64,000 bases of DNA from Minisyncoccota bacterium (GTDB lineage Bacteria > Patescibacteriota > Minisyncoccia > Phycocordibacterales > UBA1006), in NCBI GenBank assembly GCA_036405175.1, contig DASWYC010000002.1:251429-315428 (forward strand). Reading direction: 5' to 3'. The notes beneath the pieces were generated by a model, which was not told where the DNA came from, did no database searches, and saw only the letters and a list, made by a program, of their open reading frames with translations. Position 1 is the stretch's first letter. Every line of letters starts with the position of its first letter. Positions 58,510 to 64,000 of the stretch are shown piece by piece. Both the position numbers and the translations under genes were made by a program.

Positions 58510-59697
58510 TTACATGGTGCGTTTTAAAATTTCATCGATCTTTTCTGCAACTTCGCAAACACATTTTTCATCAAGACCCTGAGTGGTAACAAATGGTGTT
58601 CCAATACGGATTCCTGATGGATCCATAGGGCTACGTGTATCGTACGGAATAGTATTCATATTCACAATAATTCCCTCTTTCTCAAGTGCATCACTTGCAG
58701 CTTTCCCGGAAATTCCTTTTCCATTCATCCATGTATCAAGAATAAACAAATGAGTATCTGTTCCACCTGACACCACACGCCATCCAAGCTCTTCAAATTT
58801 TTGAGCCATTGCTTGAGCATTTTTGATAACCTGTTGGATATATTTTTTGTATTCTGGTGTTTGAGCTTCAGCAAGCGCCACTGCAACACCCGCAATTTGA
58901 TTCATATGTGGACCGCCCTGCATTCCGGGAAATACCGTCTTATCAATTTTTTGTGGAAGATTGCGCGTATCTTTTTTTGAAAAAATCATGGCACCACGTG
59001 GACCCCGCAATGTTTTATGAGTAGTAGTCATGACGGTATCTGCATATTCAAATGGTGATGATATTGCGCCCGTGGCAACCAATCCAGCAATGTGTGAAAT
59101 ATCCGCATGCAAGTACGCGCCAACGGAATCGGCAATATCACGCATGCGCTTCCAATCAATAGTGCGTGAATATGCTGTGTAGCCAGCAACTATGAGCGCA
59201 GGTTGTTCTGTTTGAGCAAGCGCCATCATGGCATCGTAATCCAAGAGCTCTGTTTCTTTGTTTAAAATATATGGAACTTGTTGCCAAAGTTTTCCGGTGA
59301 TTGATGCCTTATATCCATGGGTTAAGTGCCCACCTTGATCAAGTTGGAGTCCCATAATTTTTGAACCAACAGGAATAAGCGCGTGATACACCGCCATATT
59401 GGCCGGTGATCCAGAATAGGGCTGCACATTTACCGCCCATTTGTCATCGCTCAAACCAAATGCAGCCAATGCACGTTCTTTGCAGAGCTCCTCAAGCTCA
59501 TCAATATACTGGTTACCCGCATAGTACCGTGCTCCAGAATATCCTTCTGCATATTTATTTCCCAAGACCGACCCAACCGCCTCCATCACATCATCTGAAA
59601 CTACATTTTCTGATGCAATCAAATTAACCATGTCATATTGACGCTGTTGTTCCTGTTCGATTATCTTTTGAATCTGAGTATCCTTCATACGGCTCAT
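58510..59697 (-). CDS. glyA: serine hydroxymethyltransferase
   Basis: LIASENVVS, YAEGY and TTTHKTLRGPRGA with the PLP lysine. The start may be a few codons later than the ORF opening. Confidence 0.9.
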   Translation of the reverse strand: MSRMKDTQIQKIIEQEQQRQYDMVNLIASENVVSDDVMEAVGSVLGNKYAEGYSGARYYAGNQYIDELEELCKERALAAFGLSDDKWAVNVQPYSGSPANMAVYHALIPVGSKIMGLQLDQGGHLTHGYKASITGKLWQQVPYILNKETELLDYDAMMALAQTEQPALIVAGYTAYSRTIDWKRMRDIADSVGAYLHADISHIAGLVATGAISSPFEYADTVMTTTHKTLRGPRGAMIFSKKDTRNLPQKIDKTVFPGMQGGPHMNQIAGVAVALAEAQTPEYKKYIQQVIKNAQAMAQKFEELGWRVVSGGTDTHLFILDTWMNGKGISGKAASDALEKEGIIVNMNTIPYDTRSPMDPSGIRIGTPFVTTQGLDEKCVCEVAEKIDEILKRTM

Positions 59698-59730
59698 TAT
59701 ACACAAAAAGACCCGCTTTGGGACTTTTTG

Positions 59731-60105
59731 CTATACCTCAGTATTTTGCTTACCATATTGTGCATGAGCTTCCGCCAATGCTTTCAAAAACATTTTCCAC
59801 TCCTCTGATTTAATATCTTCTGCTCGCTCCGCATTCCAACTATCTATATCCTGTTTATATGAAATATTCCGAGACCATTCCATATCTGATGCAACACTTA
59901 ATAAATCTTCAAAAATATTTGAATCAGAAATAGCATCAAATTGCAGACCAATCCCGGTCACTCTATACCCTACAAACTCTTCACTACATTCACCCTTATC
60001 CTTATATTCAACAAGCTTATCGCAATATTCTAAAAACAATTTAATCTGCTCGCGTTCAGGCGCTTCATGCATATGATTCCATATCTTTTCTAATTCTTCC
60101 TCCAT
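59731..60105 (-). CDS. hypothetical protein
   Basis: ORF only. Confidence 0.35.
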   Translation of the reverse strand: MEEELEKIWNHMHEAPEREQIKLFLEYCDKLVEYKDKGECSEEFVGYRVTGIGLQFDAISDSNIFEDLLSVASDMEWSRNISYKQDIDSWNAERAEDIKSEEWKMFLKALAEAHAQYGKQNTEV

Positions 60106-60106
60106 A

Positions 60107-61213
60107 CTATTTTGAAAGCATAACTTTTAAAACCTTATCATCGCCCTCCTGCGGATCACCGCGTCCGTCTTTGTTTGATGTAGCAATAAGTAAACTGCCA
60201 TCTTTGAGTGAAGTAACAGCACGTAAACGTCCATAGGTATTAGCGAACATGGTAGAAAGCTCGCCAACTTTTCCTGAACTTGTGACTGGAACTACATATA
60301 ATGTTTTTCCTTTAAGTCCATTAAAATACAACTTTCCGTCTAGATATGCCAAGCTTGATGGTGCCCATGTGGTCGTTGCGCCGGAATGAAGTACTGGCAC
60401 ATGCATTCCTTCTTTTGTTTCATCTCCTTCAATTATCGGCCAACCGTAGTTACCGCCTTTCTCAATATAATTTAATTCATCATAGCCTGATTGAACTCCT
60501 GACCGCCCATGCTCAGTTGACCAAAGGCCGTCATTAGCATCCCACGCCAAGCCTTGTGGATTACGATGACCATATGAATACACCGCGTTCTTAAATGGAT
60601 TATCTATAGGAATACCACCATCATCTTTGATACGTAAAATCTTGCCACCAAGTGAATTAATATCCTGCGCAAGTTTTTCTTCACCCGCTTCGCCGGTTGC
60701 TATATACAAATATCCATCCGGACCAAATGCAATGCGCCCACCATTGTGCACCGAACCTGCAGGAATAGCATCAATAATAGTTTTTGCACCACTCACTGAT
60801 TTTCCATCAAACACATATCTCACTACACGATTCACTGTTTTATTATTTGCTTTGGTTGTGAAATATATATAGAGAAACTTGTTCTCTACAAACTTAGGGT
60901 GGAGCGCCATACCCAATAGTCCACCTTCACTTGTTTCAATAACACCAGGAATGTTAAAACTCACATTCGATCCAACAATATGCATACGTCCGTTACGTTC
61001 CGTTACTAAAATCTTTTTGTCAGGCAACTCAACCATTTCCCATGGCGTATCCAAGTTAGTTTCAATCTCTGTAACTTTTTGCTCTTGTACTGCGGAAGTA
61101 ACTGGTTCTGGGTTTATTAATTGTTTTTCAGTATCGGGGCGCAGTAAAAACCATGCGGTGATTCCAAGGATAATAATGATAATCAGGATGAGAATACGAG
61201 TGGTGCGATTCAT
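60107..61213 (-). CDS. PQQ-dependent sugar dehydrogenase-like (GSDH family) beta-propeller, membrane-anchored
   Basis: LLGMALHPKF...FLYIYFT, GGRIAFGPDGYLYIATGE and GGNYGWP. Confidence 0.6.
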   Translation of the reverse strand: MNRTTRILILIIIIILGITAWFLLRPDTEKQLINPEPVTSAVQEQKVTEIETNLDTPWEMVELPDKKILVTERNGRMHIVGSNVSFNIPGVIETSEGGLLGMALHPKFVENKFLYIYFTTKANNKTVNRVVRYVFDGKSVSGAKTIIDAIPAGSVHNGGRIAFGPDGYLYIATGEAGEEKLAQDINSLGGKILRIKDDGGIPIDNPFKNAVYSYGHRNPQGLAWDANDGLWSTEHGRSGVQSGYDELNYIEKGGNYGWPIIEGDETKEGMHVPVLHSGATTTWAPSSLAYLDGKLYFNGLKGKTLYVVPVTSSGKVGELSTMFANTYGRLRAVTSLKDGSLLIATSNKDGRGDPQEGDDKVLKVMLSK

Positions 61214-61277
61214 ATACATTCAGTATACGCTTCTCATCTGTATAAAAAACTACCAGACTTTTCATCTGGTAGCTTTT

Positions 61278-62186
61278 CTATTCTGCTTGCGCAGCGGCTT
61301 CAAGTGCAGCAATATCAAATTTTTTCATCTGCAAAAATGCCTGTGTCACACGATTAATCTTTTCCTGATCACCGCTTTGCATAATTTCTTCGATCATTGT
61401 TGGAGTAACTTGCCATGACACACCATACTTATCCTTGAGCCATCCGCATTGTTCAGATTCTGGAACGGCAGAAAGTTTTTCCCAATAGTAGTCAATTTCT
61501 TCTTGAGAATCGCATTTAATAAGTAAAGACACACCTTCATTAAAACTAAAGTCGTGCATCGTTTTCCCGCCATCCATAGCAGTAAGCCATGTATCTTCTA
61601 GCTTAAAATCAGTAAACATTACCTTGCTATCAGTATCAGGCGCAGCACCTTCTGGATAATATGCAATCGCTCCACGTTTACTGTCTTTAAATACTGAAAG
61701 ATAAAAATTAGTTGCTTCTTCTGCTTTACCAGAAACATCTTTTGTGAAAAGCAGTGATGGGAGTACGAGCGGACGCTCTTCGCCTTCCGGATTTGTAAGA
61801 ATCAGCTGCCATGACACACCAAATTTATCTTCTACCCATCCATAGCGCTTACTAAATGGATATTCACCAATCGGCATCATCACCTTTCCTCCTTCAGAAA
61901 TCTTTGACCATACCTCATCAAGTTTTTCTGCAGCATCTGCTTGCTGGGAAGGATCAAAATTCACCATAAATGAAATTGATGGATTGATTTTAAAATATGG
62001 ACCAGCACTAATAGCTTCAAACGGTGTTCCCATAACTTCAAATGAAACTATGTCGCAATCCCCTGATGGAGTCCCGGTAAGTTTACTGGTATGCGTTACC
62101 CGAGAGTTTGGAAATACTGATGCATAAAAGTTTGCAGCTTCAACCGCTTGTGTGTCAAACCAAAGATGAGGGATGATTTTTTTCAT
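61278..62186 (-). CDS. tandem VOC/PhnB-like (3-demethylubiquinone-9 3-methyltransferase-like domain) protein
   Basis: IIPHLWFDTQAVEAANFYASVFPNS is repeated as a second domain, with GWLKDKYGVSWQV C-terminal. Confidence 0.55.
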   Translation of the reverse strand: MKKIIPHLWFDTQAVEAANFYASVFPNSRVTHTSKLTGTPSGDCDIVSFEVMGTPFEAISAGPYFKINPSISFMVNFDPSQQADAAEKLDEVWSKISEGGKVMMPIGEYPFSKRYGWVEDKFGVSWQLILTNPEGEERPLVLPSLLFTKDVSGKAEEATNFYLSVFKDSKRGAIAYYPEGAAPDTDSKVMFTDFKLEDTWLTAMDGGKTMHDFSFNEGVSLLIKCDSQEEIDYYWEKLSAVPESEQCGWLKDKYGVSWQVTPTMIEEIMQSGDQEKINRVTQAFLQMKKFDIAALEAAAQAE

Positions 62187-62226
62187 ATACCTCAAGTATA
62201 CAAAACTTTAGATCAAACTAACAAGA

Positions 62227-62847
62227 CTATTCTGATTTATTGGTATTATATTTCTTGCGTAAAAACTTAATTCCCTGATGAACAAGTGCAGCTATAATTG
62301 AAACAACGATTAAACCTAAAATGAATACTGTTGCACGTTCTCCAAAATACATCGTAAATAGTTTTCCTGCATACACGCCTACAATACCCCAGAGCATTGA
62401 ACCTAAAAAGCTGTAGATCATATAGCGTCTTGTTTGCACGCCTCGCACAGCCGCAAAAATTGATGGAGTTGAGCGAACAACCGGTATGAGCTTTCCAAAG
62501 ATAGTGATGAGTGCAATATGTCGATCAAAAAGATCCCACGACTTTTGATACTTCTCGCTTGTAACAATGGTTTGGATCCAGCGGATGTTTGTAAATCGCT
62601 TACCCAAGAAAAATCCTGTCATATCACCCAGAAAACTCGCAATACCAACAATGATACATGCCACTAGTGGTGTCATAATTCCACTTTCAGAAAGACTTCC
62701 TGCAAAAATAGCAATCGTGCCTCCAGGAAGTATTGATCCAATGACTGGCAAACCTTCTGCGTATGAGAAAAAGCCAAGAATACTCATTTGTTGCCATAGC
62801 GGCACCGTTTGCAGTAACGTAATGATAGATTGAGAAAAAGACTCCAT
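62227..62847 (-). CDS. DedA family membrane protein
   Basis: GFFSYAEGLPVIGSILPGG and FGKLIPVVRSTPSIFAAV. The start was trimmed to MESFSQ. Confidence 0.55.
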   Translation of the reverse strand: MESFSQSIITLLQTVPLWQQMSILGFFSYAEGLPVIGSILPGGTIAIFAGSLSESGIMTPLVACIIVGIASFLGDMTGFFLGKRFTNIRWIQTIVTSEKYQKSWDLFDRHIALITIFGKLIPVVRSTPSIFAAVRGVQTRRYMIYSFLGSMLWGIVGVYAGKLFTMYFGERATVFILGLIVVSIIAALVHQGIKFLRKKYNTNKSE

Positions 62848-62878
62848 AGTATTTAGATTACCATGAAAGACCCTCTGT

Positions 62879-63370
62879 CTAAGATAAAGATTCAACTTCT
62901 TCAATCTCAAATTCTAAAATTTCAGAGGTATATTCTGAGCTAGAAGGCTTATCAAATAAAAATCTTCCTTTAAAGAATCCTTCATCGAGTAGATATGGAA
63001 ACCAATGTTCATCATCCGGCCACATCATATCAAACGGAATCTGATCAAGACGAAACCACTGCGGTCTCATTTCTTCTGTTTCAACTGGCTCACCGGTAAA
63101 GTTATAGATTTTAAATACATGCACTTCAAGCACTTTTTGTTCATTTTGATATTCAAAGTCTAGAATACCAGCTTTTTTAAGATCTTCTGTTTTTACAGTA
63201 AGTCCAACTTCTTCTTGAATCTCTCGCACTGCTGCCGATTCTATAGACTCGCCTTCATTTAATTTGCCACCAAAACCATTCCAGCGGCCCTCACCAAATC
63301 CACGCTTTTTAAAACCCAAAAGGATCTCGTCGCCCTTAAACACCATGCAGAGTGTGAGTTGTTTTTTCAT
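62879..63370 (-). CDS. NUDIX hydrolase (MutT-like)
   Basis: The Nudix box is GGKLNEGESIESAAVREIQEEVGL. Confidence 0.8.
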   Translation of the reverse strand: MKKQLTLCMVFKGDEILLGFKKRGFGEGRWNGFGGKLNEGESIESAAVREIQEEVGLTVKTEDLKKAGILDFEYQNEQKVLEVHVFKIYNFTGEPVETEEMRPQWFRLDQIPFDMMWPDDEHWFPYLLDEGFFKGRFLFDKPSSSEYTSEILEFEIEEVESLS

Positions 63371-63411
63371 ATACGCGAATTATACATCAGACTTTAAACA
63401 TTTCTTTATAT

Positions 63412-63999
63412 TCATTTTTTTGCCTTGATGACGACATCACGCTCTATTCTGTCTATAATCTTCACTTCTTTAAAGCCAATCTCTCCTAGCATCCTCATGA
63501 GAACTCCTTCTTGTAACCTGTATTGATCCGTTGCATCTTCTATTTCGTGAGCGATTATAGCGGAAGCAACATCTTCTGGTAGATAACGAGAATAACGTTC
63601 ATTTTGTTTTTTCAATAAAATCTCTCCACCGGTATCAGGATATACCTTATCCATCAAGAAGAAATATCCTTCTGGAGTAAGACTTTCATAAATACTCCGA
63701 AGTAACGTTAACTGATCTACATGATTGAAGTTATGAATTGTCCAGCCAGAAAAGATAATATTGTATGAAGAGGCTTTTTCTAAATATTTATTTGCATCTT
63801 CGCAGATATACTCAGCCCTAGTGGTGAATTTGGATAACTTCTCCTTTGCGATATTAAGCATTTCTTGAGAAATATCCAATAGATCAATATGCGCTTTCGT
63901 ATGCTCAAAAACAGGAAACGCGGAGTCTCCTTCGCCAGTTCCGATTTCTAACACTCTATCTCCATCTTTATAAACTTTTTCAATCTCCTTTGCAGTCAT
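63412..63999 (-). CDS. class I SAM-dependent methyltransferase
   Basis: Motif I is VLEIGTGEGDSAF, followed by an acidic residue in LLDIS. Confidence 0.6.
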   Translation of the reverse strand: MTAKEIEKVYKDGDRVLEIGTGEGDSAFPVFEHTKAHIDLLDISQEMLNIAKEKLSKFTTRAEYICEDANKYLEKASSYNIIFSGWTIHNFNHVDQLTLLRSIYESLTPEGYFFLMDKVYPDTGGEILLKKQNERYSRYLPEDVASAIIAHEIEDATDQYRLQEGVLMRMLGEIGFKEVKIIDRIERDVVIKAKK

Positions 64000-64000
64000 A

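Noticed and set aside
1-64000. CRISPR arrays, rRNA genes, integrases and intact transposases
   Set aside because: No tandem direct-repeat array, no rRNA-like sequence and no tyrosine/serine recombinase or DDE transposase motif was seen anywhere in the window.

Overview
The window is AT-rich and gene-dense, with short intergenic gaps, compact genes and no rRNA or CRISPR array. It most likely comes from a small-genome uncultivated bacterium (Patescibacteria/CPR-like is a guess). Most of the content is housekeeping: ribosomal proteins L27, L9 and S16, tRNA-Ile(GAT), SerRS, GlyA, FolD, RsmI, Dus, a RsuA-type pseudouridine synthase, MsrB, a short DnaX, a DEAD-box helicase, a P-type ATPase, PBP2, a CtpA-like S41 protease, an FtsQ-like protein, DprA and a ComEC-like channel. 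Accessory-looking regions are as follows. (a) 898-4566: a three-gene restriction-modification-like module made of a DNA N4/N6-methyltransferase, an SF2/P-loop NTPase and a small overlapping PD-(D/E)xK-like protein. (b) 10036-12387: a large secreted protein carrying a canonical C-type lectin domain with EPN and WND motifs, Ig/FN3-like repeats and a C-terminal peptidoglycan-binding domain. (c) 20244-22307: a PadR regulator and PspC-domain membrane protein operon with a perfect palindromic operator. (d) 22390-27468: a tightly packed same-strand array of small enzymes (methyltransferase, HIT, SGNH, nucleotidyltransferase, AlkD-like) plus unknown proteins. (e) 28009-30460: a decayed IS-like HTH fragment, a convergent pair of an extremely acidic small protein and a 44-aa lysine/alanine-repeat histone-H1-like protein, and AT-rich DNA bearing palindromes. 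(f) An identical GC-rich hairpin, GGCGCGACCTTCGGTCGCGCC, present twice. All calls rest on motif recognition by eye; no database searches were run.
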